Assembly (NCBI GenBank): GCA_021513715.1
Contig: CP084167.1
Location: 1,056,001-1,120,000, forward strand
Source of the DNA: Candidatus Heimdallarchaeum endolithica
GTDB taxonomy: Archaea; Asgardarchaeota; Heimdallarchaeia; Heimdallarchaeales; Heimdallarchaeaceae
Reading direction: 5' to 3'
DNA: 64,000 nt
The notes beneath the pieces were generated by a model that was not told the DNA's origin, ran no database searches, and saw only the letters and a list, made by a program, of their open reading frames with translations. Numbering within the stretch: the first letter of the stretch is position 1; every line of letters begins with the position of its first letter. This document shows, in pieces, positions 1 through 9,073 of this stretch. Made by a program: the position numbers and the translations under genes.

Positions 1-13
1 CATTTCTCCTTTT

Positions 14-2619
14 GTTGCAATTAGGATCTCAGAATAGTGAGAATTGAAATTTGTAGTTTTCTACTACAATATTGCATTTGGGACAATATATTGTGTTGCA
101 ATTAGGATCTCAGAATAGTGAGAATTGAAATATAAAATCGCATCTATCTCCCAAAATATATTCAAAATAATGTTGCAATTAGGATCTCAGAATAGTGAGA
201 ATTGAAATAAATTAACGATTTTGTCGCCTACAATCAACTTTTTATGACTGTTGCAATTAGGATCTCAGAATAGTGAGAATTGAAATTTTACAATTTCATA
301 ATCATATAATAAAAATCTAAATACTAGTTGCAATTAGGATCTCAGAATAGTGAGAATTGAAATACAGGATAAAAATATATAAATTCCGGATTTTTTTTAG
401 CAAGTTGCAATTAGGATCTCAGAATAGTGAGAATTGAAATATATACTCAACCAATTGTTTAACAGTATCCCTTTGTAACAAGTTGCAATTAGGATCTCAG
501 AATAGTGAGAATTGAAATTACTTACTCCTAACCTTAAAAACTCTTCTATCTGTTCTATGTTGCAATTAGGATCTCAGAATAGTGAGAATTGAAATAAAAA
601 CGCTTTTTCAAGGTCATTGTCATATTCGTTCAATTTCGTTGCAATTAGGATCTCAGAATAGTGAGAATTGAAATATCAGTGAAATTAGTAAATATGGGGA
701 AATTGTAAGAAGATAGTTGCAATTAGGATCTCAGAATAGTGAGAATTGAAATTTTATATTGACTTCAAATTCAACTTTTTTTGTTTCCTCTAGTTGCAAT
801 TAGGATCTCAGAATAGTGAGAATTGAAATTGATAGACATAGGTTTATACAAATCAGCCGGAAGATGAAGTTGCAATTAGGATCTCAGAATAGTGAGAATT
901 GAAATAAAAGCTTTGGAAGAGTGGGCCAAAGAAAATGACCAAGAAAGTTGCAATTAGGATCTCAGAATAGTGAGAATTGAAATTATAAAAAACATGTTCC
1001 AATTATAGACCACAAAACTATCGCAGTTGCAATTAGGATCTCAGAATAGTGAGAATTGAAATTAAAAAACACCCTAGCTTCACTCAAGTACTGGTTCTCA
1101 AAAACGTTGCAATTAGGATCTCAGAATAGTGAGAATTGAAATTGTATGTCCCGTTAATACTGTTGGTACTATGGGCAAAGGTGTTGCAATTAGGATCTCA
1201 GAATAGTGAGAATTGAAATTTGCGATGACCCAAATTCCCGATTTTTCAAGAGGTAAATGTTGCAATTAGGATCTCAGAATAGTGAGAATTGAAATGATGT
1301 GTCCGATAACTTTCAGGTAGGCACAAATGGAACTGTTGCAATTAGGATCTCAGAATAGTGAGAATTGAAATACCTTATTGACAAATGTAGAAAAAGCCCT
1401 TTTACAAGCAGTGTTGCAATTAGGATCTCAGAATAGTGAGAATTGAAATTTTGAATGAAGCTGATGAAAGCATTATTGTTTCGCTTGAAAGTTGCAATTA
1501 GGATCTCAGAATAGTGAGAATTGAAATTCACACTCCTTTTCATATCTAAGTTTGACTATATGTCCATTGTTGCAATTAGGATCTCAGAATAGTGAGAATT
1601 GAAATTTTACATCTTCAACATATTCAAATGAGTTTATGTCTATCAGTTGCAATTAGGATCTCAGAATAGTGAGAATTGAAATTTTCAGTAATTCAATTGA
1701 ATTATATGAAAAAGTTGTTTGTTGCAATTAGGATCTCAGAATAGTGAGAATTGAAATTTGAAAAGCACTTGTTTTTTTCAACTTTTCATACTTCTCTCTG
1801 TTGCAATTAGGATCTCAGAATAGTGAGAATTGAAATGGTGAGCATTTAGCTCTCTTCCTAGCTGTGGAAATTTTCTAGCCAGTTGCAATTAGGATCTCAG
1901 AATAGTGAGAATTGAAATTCATAATTTTTTGAATCTTTTCCATCGCTTCCTTTTTGGTTTGTTGCAATTAGGATCTCAGAATAGTGAGAATTGAAATTAA
2001 AAATAATAAACGAGTTTTTTGCTGACGAACAAAGTTCCAAGTTGCAATTAGGATCTCAGAATAGTGAGAATTGAAATTCTGAATAACTGTTATAATCGGC
2101 ATAGAAAGAAATGCTATGTTGCAATTAGGATCTCAGAATAGTGAGAATTGAAATATTAGAGAACCAAAAACGAGAGAAAAAACCGTATGGCTAAGTTGCA
2201 ATTAGGATCTCAGAATAGTGAGAATTGAAATTTTGATATTTTTAGTTCTCTGAGCATTTCTTCATTGTTGTGTTGCAATTAGGATCTCAGAATAGTGAGA
2301 ATTGAAATATATATTTCAGTTCGTAATCTCTCGCACCCTGATAGTAGCTGTTGCAATTAGGATCTCAGAATAGTGAGAATTGAAATATAAAATGAACATT
2401 CTTAGCACGAACTGAACGTCTTAAGTTGTTGCAATTAGGATCTCAGAATAGTGAGAATTGAAATACATTCGTCACCTACATTAAATTTACTCTTTCTCCT
2501 ATAAGGTTGCAATTAGGATCTCAGTATAGTGAGAATTGAAATGTTAACTGGACTATTTCAAAAATCTCCCAAGTAGAAAGATGTTACAATTAGGATCTCA
2601 TAAGAAGGAGAATTTAAAT
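14..2619 (+). CRISPR. CRISPR array, trailer end: 34 repeats and 33 complete spacers in the window; continues upstream of the window
   Basis: 37-bp repeat GTTGCAATTAGGATCTCAGAATAGTGAGAATTGAAAT starts at 14, 95, 172 ... 2428 (32 identical copies). The copy at 2506 has one substitution and the copy at 2583 is degenerate. Spacers are 38-45 nt. The repeat has a TCTCA/TGAGA stem and a 3' ATTGAAAT end typical of Cas6-processed class 1 repeats. Degeneration on the right marks the trailer. Confidence 0.99.
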
Positions 2620-2645
2620 CATTCACTTAAAAGAGAGATAAAGAG

Positions 2646-2915
2646 ATGAGTTGGGTATTATCACTTATTAAAGATTTATACTTTTATTTTTTTATTTTTG
2701 CTATTAATGGTTTGTTCTTTCATATGTTGTTTAACATTAAACAAATCGTAAAATATAATTCTTTGAAAAAAATGAGTATAAAAGAAAGGATGAATGAAAG
2801 GAAAAATTGTGAAATTATCTTAAGTACTGAATACACAAAACCTTCATTAATAACTGATCTACTTGTTATGTTTATTCTTATTGCTATAGCTATTATTTTA
2901 TATCATTATTTATGA
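2646..2915 (+). CDS. Small hypothetical membrane protein (2 TM)
   Basis: 89-aa ORF with hydrophobic N- and C-terminal segments flanking a charged loop. Confidence 0.55.
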   Translation: MSWVLSLIKDLYFYFFIFAINGLFFHMLFNIKQIVKYNSLKKMSIKERMNERKNCEIILSTEYTKPSLITDLLVMFILIAIAIILYHYL

Positions 2916-2942
2916 ACTCTTTTTTTAACACTTAATCCTCTT

Positions 2943-2978
2943 ATTACAATTAGATCTCAAAAGAAGAATAAATTCTAA
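2943..2978 (+). repeat. Highly degenerate CRISPR repeat remnant
   Basis: ATTACAATTAGATCTCAAAAGAAGAATAAATT resembles the degenerate repeat at 2583 (GTTACAATTAGGATCTCATAAGAAGGAGAATTT), including the shared G>A change in TTACAATTAG. Confidence 0.6.
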
Positions 2979-3022
2979 ACACAAAAATTATTAATATTCT
3001 CTACATTTTGTAAGTAAAAAAA

Positions 3023-3901
3023 ATGAGTGATAGTAACAATTTGTCTTCTGAATTAAATAATAATTCTGATGATTTTTCTTTTTCTGATCCTCTCTTGAAG
3101 TCAAATCTTATTAGTGGTGAAAGGGTCTTTAGCGAATTTTTTATTCCTCACAGGACTATTTCTTTATTTGGTCTTGTTGTTTTGCTATTATCTTTTCTTT
3201 TACCTTTGATAGTTATTTTAGTTGTTCAATTTGGTACTGATTTTTCTAAAGTTGTTAAATACACTATTGATATTATAATGGGTTTATGGTTATTTTTCAC
3301 TTTCTTGTTTTTCTTTTTCATTGGTTCAAGTAATCAATTTCTTGTTATTACTAATTTTCGTTTAATTTACGTTAGAGAGTATTTTCCTTTTTTCCTTAAG
3401 CGGTTTAGGATCCTCAAGGAATTTTCTACTGATATTAACAGTGTTACTCTTGTTGAGCGCAAAAAGTTTTCTCGCCCTGATCCTTTTATGTTTTTTACTG
3501 GGTTATTGATGTTTTTTGTTAGTTTATTTCTTTTCATTTCTATTAAGATCGTTGAGCAGTTTAACATTTCTTCTTTTCCTCAGTATAGAAAAACCATTCT
3601 TATTAGCAGTTCAATTCTTTTGATTCTTTCTTTTATGCTTATTATCTATGCTTTATTCTTTTTCTCCAAGAATATTTACAAGTTGGCTTTTTCCATTGGT
3701 CAAACTTATCCTTTACTTCCTGTTATTGGCAGATTTTTCTCTAGGAGTTTGAAAGCTGGTTATTGGGTTATTTACGGTTGGGAAAAAGATTCAAAGAAGA
3801 TGTATGAAGAAGCTCCTCAACTGTTTTTTTCTTTACAACTTGATGAATCACTTCTTTTTACAAAAAAAATATTAGAAAAAAAGAAGGAAGGAGAAAACTA
3901 G
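3023..3901 (+). CDS. Membrane protein, 4 TM, possible bacterial-PH-like domain
   Basis: Two TM hairpins; LVITNFRLIY...INSVTLVE resembles bPH-type strands. Confidence 0.7.
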   Translation: MSDSNNLSSELNNNSDDFSFSDPLLKSNLISGERVFSEFFIPHRTISLFGLVVLLLSFLLPLIVILVVQFGTDFSKVVKYTIDIIMGLWLFFTFLFFFFIGSSNQFLVITNFRLIYVREYFPFFLKRFRILKEFSTDINSVTLVERKKFSRPDPFMFFTGLLMFFVSLFLFISIKIVEQFNISSFPQYRKTILISSSILLILSFMLIIYALFFFSKNIYKLAFSIGQTYPLLPVIGRFFSRSLKAGYWVIYGWEKDSKKMYEEAPQLFFSLQLDESLLFTKKILEKKKEGEN

Positions 3902-4128
3902 ATCTAAATAGAAAAAAAAAGAATAAAGTAAATGATGAGTTGAAATTTAATTTAAAGCTATTACTCTTGAACAGAAACTTTTTTTACGGAGTTTTTGGTG
4001 TACACTTATTGCTAAGGTTTTTCCTGTTTGCTTCTTATTTGTTGTTTCTTTGCTTTTATTATTCTTATGCTTTTGCTCACTATTGTTAAGAAGCAATAAC
4101 AGGAGAAGCTTTTGTGTGAGGGGATAAG

Positions 4129-4386
4129 ATGTCACAAGCAAAATATCGTATTTATTGGAAGTCCTATTATCCTAAACGCATTACAGAGGAGTACATCAAA
4201 GCCAATAATCCTTGTCACGCTTTACTCTTAATTCGTGACAAGTTCATTGCTGAGCATTCTGACGATATCTATCGTACTTGTATATTTAATTTACAAGTAA
4301 TAAAAAACGGTTATTGGGCTGATTGGACTTCTGAGAATGGTTTAGACATTACTACTCTTGCTGAAGAATTAGAATTATTTACTTAA
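4129..4386 (+). CDS. Hypothetical protein
   Basis: 85-aa ORF with globular composition and GAGGGA upstream. Confidence 0.65.
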   Translation: MSQAKYRIYWKSYYPKRITEEYIKANNPCHALLLIRDKFIAEHSDDIYRTCIFNLQVIKNGYWADWTSENGLDITTLAEELELFT

Positions 4387-4543
4387 TCTTGTTCTTGTTT
4401 CCTGTGTGACAAGTGGAATAAACAAGATTAGATTTCTATGTTGACTTTATATAGACCTATTGAAAATATTCTTAGCTGTTATCAAAGTTCTTTGATTTTG
4501 TCAATTATTTCTCTTTTTTTCTTTTTTTTCCTTTATTTATTCT

Positions 4544-5566
4544 CTATTTTTCTTCTGCTGCTTTTGCTTCTTTTGTTTTTATTTTATTTGTTCTTTCTGT
4601 CTCTGTTTCTTTTCCTTCTATTTTTTTACTTTTATCTAGTATAATTATTATTACTCCTGCTATTATTCCTATTCCTCCCAGAATGTAAGATAGTGTTATT
4701 GGTTCTTTTAGTATTATTGCTCCTAATATTATTGCGAACACTGGTTCATCTAGTAGTAGTAGTGAGCTTTTTGACGACTCTTGATATTTTGCTGATATCA
4801 TTAGCAATCCGTATGGTATCACGCTTCCTGCTAGTGCGAATCCTATTCCTATCAGTATTATTTTTGTTTTCAGTATATTCTCTATTTCCATTTTTACTAG
4901 TTCTTCTGGTAGGGGTAGTAATGAGAACATTATTAATAGAGGTAGAGCTATAATTATTGCCCACGATATTACCCAAGCTATAGATAGAGAATAAGGTACA
5001 TCTTTTCTTTTTTCTGCGCTTGCTCTTCCAATTAACAAGTAAAAAGCGTAGAACAGTCCATTTAGTATTGCTAGCGTTGTTCCAACTATTGATGACATGA
5101 ATGACTCCCATTTCCACACTTCTGTCAATGTGATTAGTCCTGCTGTTGCTACAATTATTGCTATTATTTTGCTTTTTGTTATTCTTTCTTTTAGAAATAT
5201 CCTTCCTAGTATTAATGTTACGAACGGATGTATCTGTATTACCAGTGCTGCTTCTCCTGCTGGTGTTCCTACTGCTATTGAACTTAAGTATACAAATATC
5301 ATCATAACAAATAGCAAACTTTGTAACAAGTATGTTTTCTGGCTTGTTAATTTAATGGAGTTTTTCACTTGATCCTTGTTTTTCTTTAGAGTGTAGAAAA
5401 CTATTATTCCTATCCCAAATATAGAACCAAAGAATATTCTCAGCAATGATTGTTCTATGCTTGAAATATTTAGATCTCTTAATATTGCTGAGATAATAGG
5501 TATTGAACCAAAAAACAGCCCTGCTGTAATTGACGCCAGGTAGGAAAGATTAGTTTTTTTATCCAT
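4544..5566 (-). CDS. EamA/DMT family transporter
   Basis: About 10 TM in two EamA repeats; LGRIFLKERI and EPVFAIILGAIILKEPIT motifs. Confidence 0.92.
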   Translation of the reverse strand: MDKKTNLSYLASITAGLFFGSIPIISAILRDLNISSIEQSLLRIFFGSIFGIGIIVFYTLKKNKDQVKNSIKLTSQKTYLLQSLLFVMMIFVYLSSIAVGTPAGEAALVIQIHPFVTLILGRIFLKERITKSKIIAIIVATAGLITLTEVWKWESFMSSIVGTTLAILNGLFYAFYLLIGRASAEKRKDVPYSLSIAWVISWAIIIALPLLIMFSLLPLPEELVKMEIENILKTKIILIGIGFALAGSVIPYGLLMISAKYQESSKSSLLLLDEPVFAIILGAIILKEPITLSYILGGIGIIAGVIIIILDKSKKIEGKETETERTNKIKTKEAKAAEEK

Positions 5567-5782
5567 TCTTGCTATTTTTATTTTTTATATTTATCAATCT
5601 TTACTCTTCTATTAGTTTTCTACTAGTCAACTTTCGATATTCATTCTCTTATTTTTTTGTTTTTTTAGTTATTTTTAGCTTTTTCTTGTTTTTTTATTAG
5701 TTTTTCTGGTTTTTTTGTTTCTCCTTATTTATTGTTCTACTTTTTCATAATTTTCTTAAATTGATTTTTTTTCTTTCTTTTT

Positions 5783-6253
5783 ATGGGTTGTAGCTGGTGT
5801 GACTTGGATAATTCATCAAATTATTTCATTTATACCAGTGAACATTTCAATGTTTATCTTTCTGAAGATCAAAGTCTTTTGGGTAGGCTTATACTGGTTC
5901 TTAATCGTCACGCTTCTTCTTTAAGTGACTTGACTTCTGAAGAGATACAAGATTTTTTTTCTAATGTCAAAATTATCGAAAAAACTTTAGCTGAATCTTT
6001 TGGTGCTACTATGTTCAATTGGAGTTGTTTAATGAATAATTCTTACAAAGAACAACCTTGCTTTCCTCATGTTCATTGGCATTGTCGTCCTCCCTATGCT
6101 CACGATGTTTCTTTTACTGGTCAAGTTTTTTCTGACCCTGATTTCGCTCATCATTACAATAATAAGAGAAAGCTTACTGTTTCTTCAGAAGTTCAACATA
6201 TGATCATTACTTCTATCAGGACTTCTATCAAGAATAATTTCACTATTCTTTGA
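5783..6253 (+). CDS. HIT family nucleotide hydrolase
   Basis: N-terminal CxxC and HVHWH histidine-triad motif. Confidence 0.92.
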   Translation: MGCSWCDLDNSSNYFIYTSEHFNVYLSEDQSLLGRLILVLNRHASSLSDLTSEEIQDFFSNVKIIEKTLAESFGATMFNWSCLMNNSYKEQPCFPHVHWHCRPPYAHDVSFTGQVFSDPDFAHHYNNKRKLTVSSEVQHMIITSIRTSIKNNFTIL

Positions 6254-6480
6254 ACTTAGTTTATTTTTCTTTAATTTATTTTCTTCCTTCTACTTATTTG
6301 AACATATAACCTTTTCTTATTTTATTTTGTAAGGCATTTTACCAATCTTCATACATTATTTTAGGCTCCCCCAGCCATCTCGCACTTTTTTTCGAAATGC
6401 TTTTAAAGCCCCTTAAATATTTTTCATTGATTGAAGAATTTTTCTTCGGTCATAATAATAACAAATTAGAAGGAATTATT

Positions 6481-8574
6481 ATGAAAAAAAGAATATTAAT
6501 AACAAGCATTTTCATTTTTGCCTTTTTAGTAGCAGTTATTCCTTTAACTGCTAATGCTAACGTCCTTTCCACCAAAGGTACAAAGGATTTAGGCGGTGGA
6601 GATGCTTATAATGCATATAGTGCATCTAATTATGCTACTCTTATTAGTACACCTATTTCAGGTTACGGAGACATTTACTATTCTAGTGATCAATATGATC
6701 AATACAAGGTAGCAGTCAGTTCAGGAGATAAAGTAACAATTGAGTTTACTGCTCCTAGTGGAGCAACAGGAATTGATCTTCCTGTTTATGACACTGACAA
6801 GTCTCGAATACTCATTCGTTACAACATCCAGACTTTCTCCGAGACTGTTACTGCTTCGGGGAATGGCTATATTTACTTTACTATAGATGCTGATAGAACT
6901 GCAGATAGAGGTACTTATTATCTCAGTGTTTCTAAATCTGGAGCAGCTGACACTACTCCACCTACTGTAAGTATTACTGACCCTGCTGATGGAGCAACTG
7001 TTTATTCTGCTGATGTCACTGTTTCATGGACTGGTTCTGACAATGTTGGTATTGACCACTATAATGTCAGAATAGACAGTGGTTCATGGACTAATGTCGG
7101 AACAGCTACAAGTCACACCTTTACTGGTTTGTCCGATGGCAGTCACACTGTAGATGTCAACGCCTATGATGCTGCAGGAAATGTTGGTTCTGACAGCGTG
7201 ACTTTCACTGTTGACACCAGTGCTCCTCCTACAGAGTATACTTTCACTGGTTCACTTAGTGCAGGACAGGACAGTACTCAACATACTTTCAACGTTCCTT
7301 CCAACACCATTAAGATCGAAGTTCAGCTTCAAATGCCCAGTGGTGCAGATTATGATCTCAGCCTTTGGGACTCTAATGGAGCTCGAACTGGTGGTTGGAC
7401 TAACTCTGATCACAGCACTAAGACTAATATTGCCAACAGTGATTATTCTGGTTATTCTGCTAATCCTGAGTGGATTAATGTTGATCCTCCTACTGTTTTT
7501 GGCACATGGAAGACTGGTTGTTATGCTTACAGTGGTTCTGGTACTTACACCATCACTGTTACTCTAACTCTCAGTGGTCCAGATACTGCTGCACCTACTG
7601 TTACTATTACTGCCCCAACAGACGGTTCTACAGTTAATTCTGCTGATGTTACTGTCACATGGACTGGTTCTGACAATGTTGGTATTGACCACTATGAAGT
7701 TAGAATAGACAGTGGTTCATGGACTAATGTCGGAACAGCTACAAGTCACACCTTTACTGGTTTGTCTGATGGCAGTCACACTGTAGATGTCAACGCCTAT
7801 GATGCTGCAGGAAATGTTGGTTCTGACAGTGTAACATTCACTGTTGACACTACTACTAACCCTGTTGAAAAATGGGCTGTTATTGTTGGTATTAGTGATT
7901 ACAAGGCTATTAGTGATCTTTCCTATTGTGATGAAGACGCTACTGATTGGTATTACCAACTTACCAGCAGTCAAATGAGCTATGATCATGTGACTGTTTT
8001 AGGAGATGGCCATTCTAGCAACTATCCCCAATATGATGGATATGCTACAGAGTACAATGTTAAACAAGCTTTAAACAACATGGTTAATTCTGCTGACTCT
8101 AATGACATTATAGCTTTCATCAGTTCTGGTCATGGTTCGGGTAATGGTGGAGGTTCTTCCTACTTATGTATGTGGGATTGCAGTTCAGGAGAAAACGGAG
8201 AAGATGGTAATCTCTATGACACTGAATTAGCAGCTATTCTCGATGGAGCTGTTGCTGACAGGATTTTTGTCTTCTTAGACCATTGTTACAGTGGAGGTTT
8301 TGGAGATAATCTTATGAACATGCCCAACAAAGCTCATGTTTATCTTACAACCACTTGTACAGAAAATGGTTATGGTTATGATGACTCTACTCATCATAAT
8401 GGTGCTTGGACTTATTACTTCTTAGATTATTCATGGCAACAACATTTCGGTGGTGCAGCTAATGTTGCTATGGAAGATATTTTCGACTATGCTTTAGCTG
8501 CTTATCCATACAGTGGTGGAGATACTCCTCAAGAATTTGATGGAAACACTGGTGCATACTTCTACTTGGCATAA
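6481..8574 (+). CDS. Secreted caspase-like (clan CD) protease with PPC-like and Ig-like domains
   Basis: Signal peptide MKKRILITSIFIFAFLVAVIPLTANA, start after GGA RBS. Two PPC-like plus Ig-like modules. C-terminal KWAVIVGISDY...LSYCDEDA...SSGHG...LDHCYSGGF carries the His-Cys dyad. Confidence 0.88.
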   Translation: MKKRILITSIFIFAFLVAVIPLTANANVLSTKGTKDLGGGDAYNAYSASNYATLISTPISGYGDIYYSSDQYDQYKVAVSSGDKVTIEFTAPSGATGIDLPVYDTDKSRILIRYNIQTFSETVTASGNGYIYFTIDADRTADRGTYYLSVSKSGAADTTPPTVSITDPADGATVYSADVTVSWTGSDNVGIDHYNVRIDSGSWTNVGTATSHTFTGLSDGSHTVDVNAYDAAGNVGSDSVTFTVDTSAPPTEYTFTGSLSAGQDSTQHTFNVPSNTIKIEVQLQMPSGADYDLSLWDSNGARTGGWTNSDHSTKTNIANSDYSGYSANPEWINVDPPTVFGTWKTGCYAYSGSGTYTITVTLTLSGPDTAAPTVTITAPTDGSTVNSADVTVTWTGSDNVGIDHYEVRIDSGSWTNVGTATSHTFTGLSDGSHTVDVNAYDAAGNVGSDSVTFTVDTTTNPVEKWAVIVGISDYKAISDLSYCDEDATDWYYQLTSSQMSYDHVTVLGDGHSSNYPQYDGYATEYNVKQALNNMVNSADSNDIIAFISSGHGSGNGGGSSYLCMWDCSSGENGEDGNLYDTELAAILDGAVADRIFVFLDHCYSGGFGDNLMNMPNKAHVYLTTTCTENGYGYDDSTHHNGAWTYYFLDYSWQQHFGGAANVAMEDIFDYALAAYPYSGGDTPQEFDGNTGAYFYLA
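7025..7850 (+). repeat. Intragenic direct repeat (about 7025-7217 and 7658-7850)
   Basis: About 190 bp near-identical copies 633 bp apart, encoding the duplicated Ig domain WTGSDNVGIDHY...GSDSVTFTVDT. Confidence 0.92.
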
Positions 8575-8577
8575 TCC

Positions 8578-8596
8578 TTTTCTTTTTTTCTTTTTT
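8578..8596 (+). terminator. Oligo-T archaeal-type terminator
   Basis: T-tracts immediately after the stop codon of the caspase-like gene. Confidence 0.45.
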
Positions 8597-8753
8597 CAGA
8601 GATTCCTTCGAAAATCTCTTTTTTTATTTAATTTTAAACAATTTCTACATATTTTCAAAAAAGATGTTCAAAGATTACTAGAAATACATTCTTATTATAG
8701 TATCAAATATATCAGAATAGTTCATTTATTTAAAAAAATGAATAAATAATATA

Positions 8754-8975
8754 TTATTTTTGTTTAACTGTAGATATTTTGAAAACTGCATATAATTCCC
8801 AGAAACCTGTAATCCCTGTAATCAACGAGATTAATCCCACGATCAATAATATAATTAACAAGATCAAGCTTATTGGAGAACTAAATACAAAGTAGAAAAC
8901 TATTGCCAAGACAGTTAGAATTATTCCTAAAGCTACTCTTATTATTCTATCAGTTTTTCATTCATTTACTTGCTT
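8754..8975 (-). pseudogene. DUF2892 (YgaP-like) membrane protein pseudogene
   Basis: Manual translation KQVNE*KTDRIIRVALGIIL...GLISLITGITGFWELYAVFKISTVKQK*. In-frame TGA at 8958-8960 where Gly is expected, AAG in place of ATG, and FWEL in place of FCPL. Confidence 0.7.
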
Positions 8976-9073
8976 AGTGATTTAATGTTCTTTAAAGGAC
9001 TATAAATATATTAATGACTTACAAAAATTGAGAAAAAAATAATCAGTTCATTTTGTTTCTTTTTTATTAGTTT

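Noticed and set aside
441-481. Spacer with an 18/21 match (reverse complement) to fprA at 63974-63994, suggesting self-targeting
   Set aside because: Only half the spacer aligns, with three mismatches in AT-rich sequence; compatible with chance.
1313-1543. 76-aa ORF with repeated FNSHYSEILIAT
   Set aside because: It is the antisense translation of CRISPR repeats.
2646-4386. Genes next to the array as cas genes
   Set aside because: No Cas1/2/3/4/5/6/7/10, CARF or RAMP motifs are recognisable.
4438-5372. Several hydrophobic short ORFs overlapping the EamA gene
   Set aside because: Shadow or alternate-frame ORFs of a well-supported gene. The same applies to the other short ORFs nested in long genes across the window.
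8958-8960. In-frame TGA as possible selenocysteine or recoding
   Set aside because: The position corresponds to Gly, the start codon is also lost, and other genes here use TGA as a stop.
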